Below, in pieces: positions 27,057 to 35,548 of a stretch of DNA of 64,000 nucleotides (positions within the stretch are counted from its first letter, which is position 1; every line of letters begins with the position of its first letter). This stretch comes from an uncultured Verrucomicrobiae bacterium. GTDB taxonomy: Bacteria; Verrucomicrobiota; Verrucomicrobiia; Chthoniobacterales; UBA10450. The notes under the pieces are model-generated. The model was not told the DNA's origin, ran no database searches, and saw only the letters and a list, made by a program, of their open reading frames with translations. The stretch spans positions 512,001 to 576,000 of the forward strand of contig CAVYXA010000003.1 in the NCBI GenBank assembly GCA_963772365.1, written 5' to 3'. A program made the position numbers and the translations under genes.

Positions 27057-28640
27057 ATCCTCAGCCGACAACGGCTCAGTCGCCCGCGCAATCTCCCATT
27101 GTCCATCACGGTCCAAGCTCAAACGCGGCAGGATCATCCCCATCAAGATATCGATCTTAATGAAGTGACCGCCCGGGATTCCTTTGAAAGAACCAACGAT
27201 TCCGGCCAAGCCACGCCGACAGATGTCGAGCAAGTCGAACGCGCATTGATCGATGCATCCACTCGTGTGCCAGTCTTGATGTTTTATGCTTCGGCCATCG
27301 TCTGGCTGTTGATTGGCACAGTGATGGCCGGGTACGTTTCAATCAAGCTGCACTCGCCCGATTGGTTATCGGATGTCAGGTTTCTGACGTGGGGCCGAAT
27401 GCGCCCGGCGCATATGAACGTGATGGTTTACGGCTGGGCATCGATGGCTGGAATAGGCACCGCCATCTGGATCATGGCGCGATTGTGCCGCACTACTTTA
27501 CGCTATCCTCTGTTGCTCGTAGCCGGCGGCGGCTTTTGGAATCTCGGCGTTTTGCTTGGCGTAGGCGGAATACTTGGTGGCCAAAGCACCGGCTATCAAT
27601 GGCTCGAGTTTCCACCCTATGCGGCCTCGTTCTTTTCGTCGCTTATATCCTGATCATTTCTTGGGCCGTGCTGATGTTCCGGTTCCGGCATGGCGAGCAG
27701 ATTTATATCACCCAATGGTATCTGCTAGGTGCGTTTCTCTGGTTCCCCTGGGTCTATGCCGCTGCGCAATTGATGCTGTTTGTCGTGCCCGTCCAAGGGG
27801 TGATGCAGGCGGCGGTCAGCTGGTGGTACGCAAATAATCTCATGTTTCTCTGGTTCGGGGCGATCGCGCTGGGTGCCGCTTATTACATGATCCCGAAAGT
27901 GATCGGCCGCCCGGTTTACAGTTACCATCTCGCTACGATCGGATTCTGGACTTACGCGCTGTTTTCAGCTGGACAGGGATGCAGCGACTTGTCGATGGTC
28001 CATTCCCGGCCTGGATGATCACCGCAGTATCGCTGCGACAATTCTCACATTGATTCCCGTCGCGACGGTCGGGTTGAATCATCACATGACCATGCAGGGT
28101 TATTTCCCACTCATGAGATATAGTCCCACCCTGCGCTTTACCGTGTTCGGCGCGATGTCTTACACGGTGTTCAGTCTGGTCGGCATCGCAATTTCGCTGC
28201 GCTCGGTCGCGCATTACGTGAACTTCAGCCAGGCCAGCATCGCCTATTCGCATTTGGGGTGTACGCCTTCTTCACCATGACATGTTCGGCTCAATGTATT
28301 ACATCGTCCCGCGACTGGTCGGCCGCGAATGGCGCTACGCTACTCTCATCAAATTGCATTTCTGGGGTTCGGCTTATGGAATCGGGCTCATGATTCTGAT
28401 GTTGCTCGCCGGCGGATTTATTCAGGGCATAAATACTCAGGATCCGTCTCTTCCTTTCTCCGAGAGCGTTCAAGCCTTCTCCCCTATTTGCGCGGACGCA
28501 GTCTTTCCGGAATTCTCCTCGCCGCGTCGCATTTCATTTTCGCTTTCCATTTTGGACTGATGCTCTTTGGACTTGGGCGAACATCGACAGTTCCAACGTT
28601 TCTTAATCCAGTGGAGGCGGAAGCTTCCGGAGGCCATTGA
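27053..28640 (+). CDS. cbb3-type oxidase subunit I (CcoN)-like protein lacking binuclear-centre ligands; frameshifted, start uncertain
   Basis: TWGRMRPAHMN, YITQWY, WWYANN, YYMIPK..GRPVYSY, WTGMQRL, IAYSHLG, MYYIVPRL. Confidence 0.8.
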
Positions 28641-29627
28641 TGAAAGGACTGGCGCCGCTCTTCCTAGGAATTTTCGGAACGTTCGCGTTCTCTTGGATCG
28701 GTTTAACCGTCGTTCCGAACTACCAAATTGGGAGTCTCGATCCCCAATCGGATGAAGAGGGGACCGACATTTATCCGATGCCGCAATCGGGAATGGTTGA
28801 ACGTGGCCGGCGCATTTATGCCGCGAACGGCTGCATCTATTGTCACACACAACAGCTACGCGCCGATTACATCTCAGCCGATGTCGACCGAAAACGTGAC
28901 TACGGTGATCATCCAAGTTGGGGAGCACGCCGTAGCGCCCCGCGCGATTACATCTTCGCCAGGCCAGTTGTTGCTAGGAAAAGATCGAATCGGACCTGAC
29001 TTGGCGAACATCGGAAATGCGGCGCCATGCTGCGGAAGAGAATTCCGTCGCCTGCACCGAGCCCGGCTGGTTCAGCGGCGCCGGCCCCTGCCGCTTCACC
29101 GAGCCCACCCGCTTCCCGAATCCAACAGCGGCCAAATCTCCATCGCCCGGATCGACAATTTCGCCGGTCCATCTCCTGCTGCTTCTCGAAACGGCGCCGC
29201 TCCAACGGGATCACCTTCACCGAGTGCGCCCCTGCCGGGTCGCCATCACCTTCTCCCGCAGCGGAAAGTTCGGAACCGGGTCAGCTGAAAGCTTACACCG
29301 CGGCCTGGCATGCATGTTCATCTTTATGCCCCGCGCAGCATTAACATTGACTCCAACATGCCGGCCTATCGATTTCTTTACAAAAAACGCCCCATCGGCG
29401 GACAACGTTCTGCGGAAGCTTTGCAGCTGACCGGTCCTGATGCACCTCCGTCCGGTTGGGAAATTGTGCCGACCGCGGATGCCCAATGTCTCGTTGCCTA
29501 TCTCATGTCGCTTCAGCAATCTCACCCCTTGAGTGAAGTAAAATCCGCGCCGGCAACAGCCGCTGCGCCTGCCGGTTCACCGAGCGCTCCCGCGTCGCCT
29601 GCCGCCGCGTCGCCTGCACCAAAATGA
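28637..29627 (+). CDS. CcoO-like monoheme cytochrome c with Pro/Ala/Ser linker, frameshifted
   Basis: GRRIYAANGCIYCHTQQLR, RIGPDLANIG, HLYAPRS...SNMPAYRFL. Confidence 0.8.
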
Positions 29628-30403
29628 ACGAAGGCCCGACCAATCCGGAATCGAGCCCGCGCCAGGGCATGGACTACAGCGAATTCGCCGATGTCCAACA
29701 GGTGCACGCCGCGGTGCAACGCGAAAAACGCGAGCCCCGCGTCGGCCTCGAGCCACTCTCGATCTGGTTGGTTGCCGTTTACGGGCTGGCTGTCTTCTTT
29801 GGCGGCGCGTATCTCGGGCGTTACTCGGGAACTTTCAGCGGCAATGGTCTTGATCCGTTAGGCGGTCCGCCTCCCTCGAAAAAAGCAAGCGCCGCTGGTC
29901 CGGGTGGCGGCGCGCAGGTGGAGCTGACTCCTGCGGAGCGCGGCAAGAAAATTTTCGCGGCGAATTGTCAGACTTGCCACCAAGCCAACGGCGAAGGAGT
30001 GGCAGGACAATATCCGCCGCTGGCGGGTTCTGAATTCACTACGGGCGGTTCGCTTCGGCCCGCCATGATCGTGCTTAAAGGCTTGCAGGGACCAGTAACG
30101 GTGAAAGGCAAGCAATTCGGCACCGCGGTGATGCAACCCTGGGACAAAACCCTGACCGACCAAAAAATTGCAGAAGTCCTCACTTACGAGCGAAGCGCCT
30201 GGGGGAATAACGCCAGTGCCGTTACGCCCGAACAAATTGCCACTCTGCGGAAACAATTGGCGAATCATCCTGAGTCATACAGCGAGCACGAAATTCTCGC
30301 CGTTCCCGCCGAAGCCGAACTTCCCGGCGGAGCAGCTCCAGGCGCACCGCCCGCTGCCAAACCGAGCGAAGCCGCAAAACCCGGCGAACCCCCAAAGAAA
30401 TAA
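29624..30403 (+). CDS. Membrane-anchored monoheme cytochrome c
   Basis: TM helix, CQTCH, YPPLAGS, MQPW. Confidence 0.9.
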   Translation: MNEGPTNPESSPRQGMDYSEFADVQQVHAAVQREKREPRVGLEPLSIWLVAVYGLAVFFGGAYLGRYSGTFSGNGLDPLGGPPPSKKASAAGPGGGAQVELTPAERGKKIFAANCQTCHQANGEGVAGQYPPLAGSEFTTGGSLRPAMIVLKGLQGPVTVKGKQFGTAVMQPWDKTLTDQKIAEVLTYERSAWGNNASAVTPEQIATLRKQLANHPESYSEHEILAVPAEAELPGGAAPGAPPAAKPSEAAKPGEPPKK

Positions 30404-30445
30404 TCACGGCAGATGAACGGTCCGAATTCGAATTCTGAAAACCTG

Positions 30446-30477
30446 CCTGCCCGCCGTAGCGCGTAGCGGGAAGGAGG
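30446..30477. repeat. Family B-like element at the left edge of the RM island
   Basis: CCTGCCCGCCGTAGCGCGTAGCGGGAAGGAGG resembles 32938..32967. Confidence 0.45.
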
Positions 30478-30492
30478 AAAAGGGCCTCGAAA

Positions 30493-31113
30493 ATGGCCGG
30501 CAAGAAATCCACGGTGTCGAAGGCGCTCGCCCTTGAGCGAGTCGAGCCGCTGATCTATGAAATCCGTGGCGAAAAAGTGATTCTCGATTCGGACTTGGCG
30601 CGACTTTACGGCGTGACCACGAAGCGGCTCAACGAGCAGATAAAACGAAATAAGGAGCGATTTCCGGATGATTTCGCATTTCAGCTCAGCGCGAAAGAGA
30701 GTGCGACTTCAAGGTCGCAAATTGCGACCGGTTCACCGCAAGCCCTTGATCCTGAGTCGAGTGGAACGAACCGGTCGCAAATTGCGACCGGTTCCCAGAA
30801 GCATCGTGATCCACGTTTACGCCCTTACGCCTTCACCGAGCACGGTGCGATCATGGCCGCAAACGTCCTGAACAGCCCGCGCGCCGTGCAGATGAGTGTC
30901 TTTGTCGTGCGCGCCTTTCTCAAAATGCGGGCCCTGCTCGGGGACAAGCGCGACCTGGCCAAACAACTCGCCGCGCTGGAAAAGGAACTCAAACAACGGC
31001 TCGACGTTAACGAAGCGGCTATCGTCACCATCCTTCAACGCGTCATGGACATCATCGACCCGCCGGTCGCGCCGCCGGAGTCGGAAAAACCGAAGATCGG
31101 ATTCAAGCCATAA
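30493..31113 (+). CDS. ORF6N-domain DNA-binding protein
   Basis: IRGEKVILDSDLARLYGV..KRN.ERFP.DF.F.L, PYAFTEHG..MAANVLNS..A, C-terminal IGF. Confidence 0.9.
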   Translation: MAGKKSTVSKALALERVEPLIYEIRGEKVILDSDLARLYGVTTKRLNEQIKRNKERFPDDFAFQLSAKESATSRSQIATGSPQALDPESSGTNRSQIATGSQKHRDPRLRPYAFTEHGAIMAANVLNSPRAVQMSVFVVRAFLKMRALLGDKRDLAKQLAALEKELKQRLDVNEAAIVTILQRVMDIIDPPVAPPESEKPKIGFKP

Positions 31114-31143
31114 CCAATGCCCACGCCCGTTCCGTCAATCGGC

Positions 31144-31241
31144 ATTCGAAATTCGACGATCGAAATTTCCTCAGTCCCGCCCCGGGGCAACGCCAACTTC
31201 GCGCGGGCTTCACTTCCGCATTCCGCATTCGAACTTTGAAA
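31144..31241. repeat. Heptamer repeat patches flanking a short HsdM-like remnant
   Basis: ATTCGAAATTCGACGATCGAAATT and TTCCGCATTCCGCATTCGAAC; 31174..31203 encodes VPPRGNANFA. Confidence 0.5.
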
Positions 31242-31383
31242 TGCCTCGCGCCCCTTTTCTTTTGGAATAACTGGACGCCACAGGGCCGATTTACGCGAGG
31301 AGACAGGCAACGCGTTATGCGCGTCCAACGAACCGTGTGCAAGGCGCTGTTCCCAACAGCGGTGTGATCGGTAAAGACACCGG

Positions 31384-33489
31384 ATGACTAAGGAGCAACT
31401 TAAACAACTCGAAAAGGATCTTTGGGATGCCGCGGACAATCTGCGCGCGAATTCAGATCTTAAATCGAGCGAGTATTCGACGCCGGTTCTCGGTCTGATC
31501 TTTCTTAAGTTCGCCGACAACAACTACCGTCGGCACGAAGCGGAAATCATTTCCGAGTATCAGAAACTCAAGGGGACTCGGCGCGAGAAGAAGTTGTCTG
31601 ATATCGCGATCGAGAAGTGCGGATTTTATCTGCCCGATCACGCTCGCTACGATTACCTGCTCAAGCTGCCGGAGAGCAAAGACATCGCCAGGGCGCTGAA
31701 GGAGGCGATGAAGGACATCGAGAAATACAAGCCCGAGCTGGAAGGCGTTTTACCGAAGGACGAATATTTCAAACTCACGCGCGATCCGAAGACGCGCACC
31801 ATTCCTAACGATCTGCTGAAAAACTTCGCCAATATCCCGTCGGATGCCGGCGGCGATCTGCTGGGACAAATCTACGAATATTTCCTCGGTGAATTTGCTC
31901 GCAGTGAAGGGCACCGAGGCGGTGAATTCTTCACCCCGCGCTCGGTCGTCCGCTTGATGGTCGAGATCATAGAGCCGCACGGCGGGAAAGTGTTCGATCC
32001 GGCCTGCGGATCTGGCGGCATGTTCGTTCAGTCGGCGCACTTCATTGAGGAACATCGCAAGGAATTATCCAAAGGCGTGGACAGCAGTGTCTATGTCTAC
32101 GGACAAGAGAAGGTTCTTGAGACAGTCAATCTCGCGAAGATGAACTTAGCCGTGAATGGTCTGCGCGGCGATATCAAGAAGGGCATCAGCTATTACGACG
32201 ATCACTTCAATAGCTTTGGAGCGTTCGACTACGTCCTGGCAAATCCGCCGTTCAATGTGGACGACGTTAGCCTAAACCGGGTTGAAAAGGACCGGCGCTT
32301 TAGCACCTACGGGATTCCGCGGAACAAGAGCAAAGCCAAGAAAAAGGACAAAGGGAAAGAGACCGTTCCGAACGCCAACTATCTTTGGATCGATCTCTTC
32401 GCTACGTCACTCAAGCCGAAAGGCCGCGCCGCGCTCGTCATGGCCAACTCCGCTTCGGACGCGCGCCATTCCGAGGCCGACATCCGCCGCACCTTGATCG
32501 AGAACAATCTCATCTACGCGATGCTGACTTTGCCCTCGAACATGTTCTACACCGTCCCGCTCCCGGCCACGCTCTGGTTCTTCGACAAAGGGAAAAAGGA
32601 CGATCGCATCCTGTTTATCGATGCCCGGAACATTTTCACTCCGATCGATCGCGCCCATCGCGAGTTCTCCGAGGAGCAGATCCAGAACATCGCCATCATC
32701 AGTCAGCTTCACAAAGGCCGGCGCGAAAAGTTTGTGCAATTGGTGGACCGCTACTTCGCGGCGGGCATGGAACGGCTGATCGAGAACAAGACCCGCGTTG
32801 AACCTGTCTCCGCGCAGTTGCTCGAAGTGCTCGACGACGCCGCTGGAAAACAGACAGTCGCCGATCTCGTGAAACAATGGGCCGGTCTCAACAAACTCCA
32901 AACACGCTACGAACAATATTTGGAGGGCGCCGCGCCGCTCGCCACGCCGAAGCCGGGCGAAGGCGGGTCAGCGCCAAAGGGGAACATTGAAAAGCTCAAC
33001 AAAGCCCAGCACCGGTTGCGCGAAAACTTCGATCCTTTCTTTGCCGCGTTGCACGAAGGCCTGAAGCAATTGGATAAAACTGTGCGCCAGCACGAGATCC
33101 GCCTTCGTCAAGACTCCGGCGCGACAGGAGCAGTAGGCCGCAAATTGCGCGAACTCAAGGCCGCGCTGGAGCAATTGCACAAAGAGGTAAAGAACGCCGA
33201 AATTTTCTACGAGCACATCCACTGGTTGCAGGAGCGCTTTCCGAAAGCGGAATACGAAGACGTGACCGGCCTGTGCAAACTCGCCAGCCCGGCGGAAGTA
33301 AAAGAGCAAGAATATTCGCTGAATCCCGGTCGTTACGTCGGCGTGGTGATTGAGGAGGATGGGAAAACAGAAGAGGAGTTTGTCGAGGAAGTTCTACAAT
33401 CCAACGATGAGATTAGCGCCCTCAACATAAAGGCGCATTCCCTCGAGCAAACAATCTCCACGAACATCAAGGCGCTTGTCGGCGAATGA
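31384..33489 (+). CDS. hsdM: Type I restriction-modification methyltransferase
   Basis: GEFFTP, DPACGSGGM, ANPPFN, SLNPGRYV. Confidence 0.95.
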   Translation: MTKEQLKQLEKDLWDAADNLRANSDLKSSEYSTPVLGLIFLKFADNNYRRHEAEIISEYQKLKGTRREKKLSDIAIEKCGFYLPDHARYDYLLKLPESKDIARALKEAMKDIEKYKPELEGVLPKDEYFKLTRDPKTRTIPNDLLKNFANIPSDAGGDLLGQIYEYFLGEFARSEGHRGGEFFTPRSVVRLMVEIIEPHGGKVFDPACGSGGMFVQSAHFIEEHRKELSKGVDSSVYVYGQEKVLETVNLAKMNLAVNGLRGDIKKGISYYDDHFNSFGAFDYVLANPPFNVDDVSLNRVEKDRRFSTYGIPRNKSKAKKKDKGKETVPNANYLWIDLFATSLKPKGRAALVMANSASDARHSEADIRRTLIENNLIYAMLTLPSNMFYTVPLPATLWFFDKGKKDDRILFIDARNIFTPIDRAHREFSEEQIQNIAIISQLHKGRREKFVQLVDRYFAAGMERLIENKTRVEPVSAQLLEVLDDAAGKQTVADLVKQWAGLNKLQTRYEQYLEGAAPLATPKPGEGGSAPKGNIEKLNKAQHRLRENFDPFFAALHEGLKQLDKTVRQHEIRLRQDSGATGAVGRKLRELKAALEQLHKEVKNAEIFYEHIHWLQERFPKAEYEDVTGLCKLASPAEVKEQEYSLNPGRYVGVVIEEDGKTEEEFVEEVLQSNDEISALNIKAHSLEQTISTNIKALVGE
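32921..32978. repeat. Family B element nested in a GGAGGGCGCC-type hairpin, in frame in hsdM
   Basis: TGGAGGGCGCCGCGCCG-[CTCGCCACGCCGAAGCCGGGCGAAGGCGGG]-TCAGCGCC. Confidence 0.65.
33097..33128. repeat. Family B element in opposite orientation, in frame in hsdM
   Basis: ATCCGCCTTCGTCAAGACTCCGGCGCGACAGG; its reverse complement resembles 32938..32967. Confidence 0.65.
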
Positions 33490-34802
33490 CGAACAACGCG
33501 AAATCCTTTACGCTTGGCCAAATTTGTCACCTCATCACAGATGGCAAGCACGGCGACTGTAATGACGAGTCAGATTCAGGGTTTTTCTTTATCAGCGCGA
33601 AGGACGTTAGAGACGGCAAAATTCACTACGGCGAAGCCCGTCAGATAACGCGTGCAGATTTTGAAGATACGCATCGACGAACCAGACTCGCGCCTAACGA
33701 TATCCTTGTCACTAACAGCGGGACGATTGGCAGACTCGCCATCGTGCCCGACGCGGAGATAACTCGTCGGACAACTTTCCAGAAGAGCGTCGCTATCATC
33801 AAGCCGGATACCGTCGTGGTCCTTCCGAAATTCCTGTATTACACCTTTCATGCGCATCTTCATTATTTGATCGAGATGGCAGGTGGAACGGCGCAAAAAA
33901 ATCTGCTTCTCGGTGATCTCAGGCGATTCAAGTGCATAATTCCCGATCTCACTGTACAGCGAAAAATCGCGGCGATTCTCTCGGCGTATGATGAGCTGAT
34001 TGAAAACAACCAGCGGCGCATCGCGCTGCTGGAAAAGATGGCCGAGGAAATCTACCGCGAATGGTTCGTCCGTCTCCGCTTCCCCGGCCACGAAAAAGTG
34101 AAGAAAGTAAAAGGCGTGCCAGACGGATGGGAGTTGGTGAAGCTAGAACGCGCCTTCAACTTCACCGGCGGCGGCACTCCATCAAAGGGAGTTGAGCGCT
34201 TTTGGAACGGCGGAGACGTGAATTGGTTCACGCCTTCAGACATCACGGGCGCAGACGGAATCTTCTTGGAAAAATCCGGTGACCAATGCACGGAAGAAGG
34301 TTTCAACAACAGCTCTGCCAAAATGTTCCCCGCGTATTCCGTGATGCTGACCAGCCGGGCGACCATTGGTGCAATCGGCATCAACACAACTCCCGCGTGC
34401 ACGAACCAAGGTTTCATCACGTGTATTCCGAACGAGCGTTACCCGCTGCCGTATCTTTATCACTGGCTGAAGTTAGGGAAGCCGCATTTTGAATTGTTGG
34501 CTGGCGGAGCAACATTCGCCGAGCTGACGAAAGGCACATTCAAGCGAATCGAAATTTTTACGCCGCCCGAGCCGATTGTCACGGAGTTCGCGCGCATTGA
34601 GTCGCCCTTGTTTAAGAACATCGAAGCACTTCTCCAAGCGAATCGGAAGTTAGTCGAAACCCGTAACAAACTGTTGCCGCGTCTCATCTCCGGCAAACTC
34701 TCGGTCGAGAACCTCAACATCCCGCCCGGCATGGCGGAGGGATCGCAGGCCGGGGCAACTGCCTTTACGGAATCCGTGCCGGCCGGTATAATCGCCCCAT
34801 GA
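33486..34802 (+). CDS. hsdS: Type I RM specificity subunit
   Basis: Two TRDs; Q.KIAAILSAYDELIENN and RNKLLPRLISGKL conserved helices. Confidence 0.93.
   Translation: MTNNAKSFTLGQICHLITDGKHGDCNDESDSGFFFISAKDVRDGKIHYGEARQITRADFEDTHRRTRLAPNDILVTNSGTIGRLAIVPDAEITRRTTFQKSVAIIKPDTVVVLPKFLYYTFHAHLHYLIEMAGGTAQKNLLLGDLRRFKCIIPDLTVQRKIAAILSAYDELIENNQRRIALLEKMAEEIYREWFVRLRFPGHEKVKKVKGVPDGWELVKLERAFNFTGGGTPSKGVERFWNGGDVNWFTPSDITGADGIFLEKSGDQCTEEGFNNSSAKMFPAYSVMLTSRATIGAIGINTTPACTNQGFITCIPNERYPLPYLYHWLKLGKPHFELLAGGATFAELTKGTFKRIEIFTPPEPIVTEFARIESPLFKNIEALLQANRKLVETRNKLLPRLISGKLSVENLNIPPGMAEGSQAGATAFTESVPAGIIAP
34764..34792 (+). promoter_or_regulatory. Sigma-70 promoter for the TA pair, probably giving a leaderless mRNA
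   Basis: TTTACG-17 bp-TATAAT, 6 nt before ATG 34799. Confidence 0.6.
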
Positions 34803-35077
34803 GCACGATCACCGCCATTCTCGAACCCGACCCGGATGGCACCTTGCACCTGCCGCTGCCGGCCGAGTTGCGCGGCGTGAAAGTCGAGGTCACCGCCACG
34901 CTCAAGCCGGCCGATGGACAATTGCCATCGCCGCCCAAAGCCACACCGGAGATGATCCAGCGGCGAATGGCCGCGCTCGCGCGCGTGCGTGAGCTCGATC
35001 CCTACCGCGACATTGCCGACCCCGTGGCATGGCAGCGCGAAATCCGCAAGGATCGCCCGCTCCCCGGCCGCGAATGA
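34799..35077 (+). CDS. Putative antitoxin
   Basis: 92 aa directly upstream of a PIN toxin; DPVAWQREIRKDRPLP C-terminus. Confidence 0.7.
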   Translation: MSTITAILEPDPDGTLHLPLPAELRGVKVEVTATLKPADGQLPSPPKATPEMIQRRMAALARVRELDPYRDIADPVAWQREIRKDRPLPGRE

Positions 35078-35081
35078 CTTC

Positions 35082-35459
35082 ATGCTCCTGGATTCCAACG
35101 TCATCATCGACGCGGCGAAACCGAGCGGAGAATGGCTGGCCCGCTTCGTGGCGGACGCCGGCGCGTGCATCAGCATCATCACGCGGATTGAAGTGCTGGG
35201 ATATCACCTGCTGACGACTGAGGAAGAAAGGGCAATCAGTCTCTACCTCGGTGATCTTTCCGAGCTTCCGGTCGACCATCCCGTGGCCGATCGTGCGATT
35301 GCCTTGCGGAAACAAAAGAAGATGGGACTGGCCGATTCCATTCTGGCCGCGACGGCGCAAGTGCACGGCCTGCCACTGGTGACGCGGAATGTGGCCGACT
35401 TCAAGGACGTGGCCGGGCTGAGCGTGATCGATCCGGTTGCGGCCAAGCCCCAGGGCTGA
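35082..35459 (+). CDS. vapC: VapC-family PIN-domain toxin
   Basis: MLLDSNVII, LADSILAATA..HGLPLVTRN..DF. Confidence 0.9.
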   Translation: MLLDSNVIIDAAKPSGEWLARFVADAGACISIITRIEVLGYHLLTTEEERAISLYLGDLSELPVDHPVADRAIALRKQKKMGLADSILAATAQVHGLPLVTRNVADFKDVAGLSVIDPVAAKPQG

Positions 35460-35485
35460 ATGAGTAGCGGATTACCGACTCCTGG

Positions 35486-35524
35486 TGTTCACGAAAACAG
35501 CCATGTTCACGGCCCCGTGAACAT
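35486..35524. promoter_or_regulatory. Perfect palindrome plus extra half-site upstream of hsdR
   Basis: ATGTTCACGG-CC-CCGTGAACAT (35503..35524); TGTTCACG also at 35486. Confidence 0.45.
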
Positions 35525-35548
35525 TCCATCGCCCGGGAAGGCAATCTG

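Noticed and set aside
27053..28640. CcoN-like gene as a functional cbb3 oxidase or NO reductase
   Set aside because: The three CuB/FeB histidines and the high-spin heme histidine are all missing.
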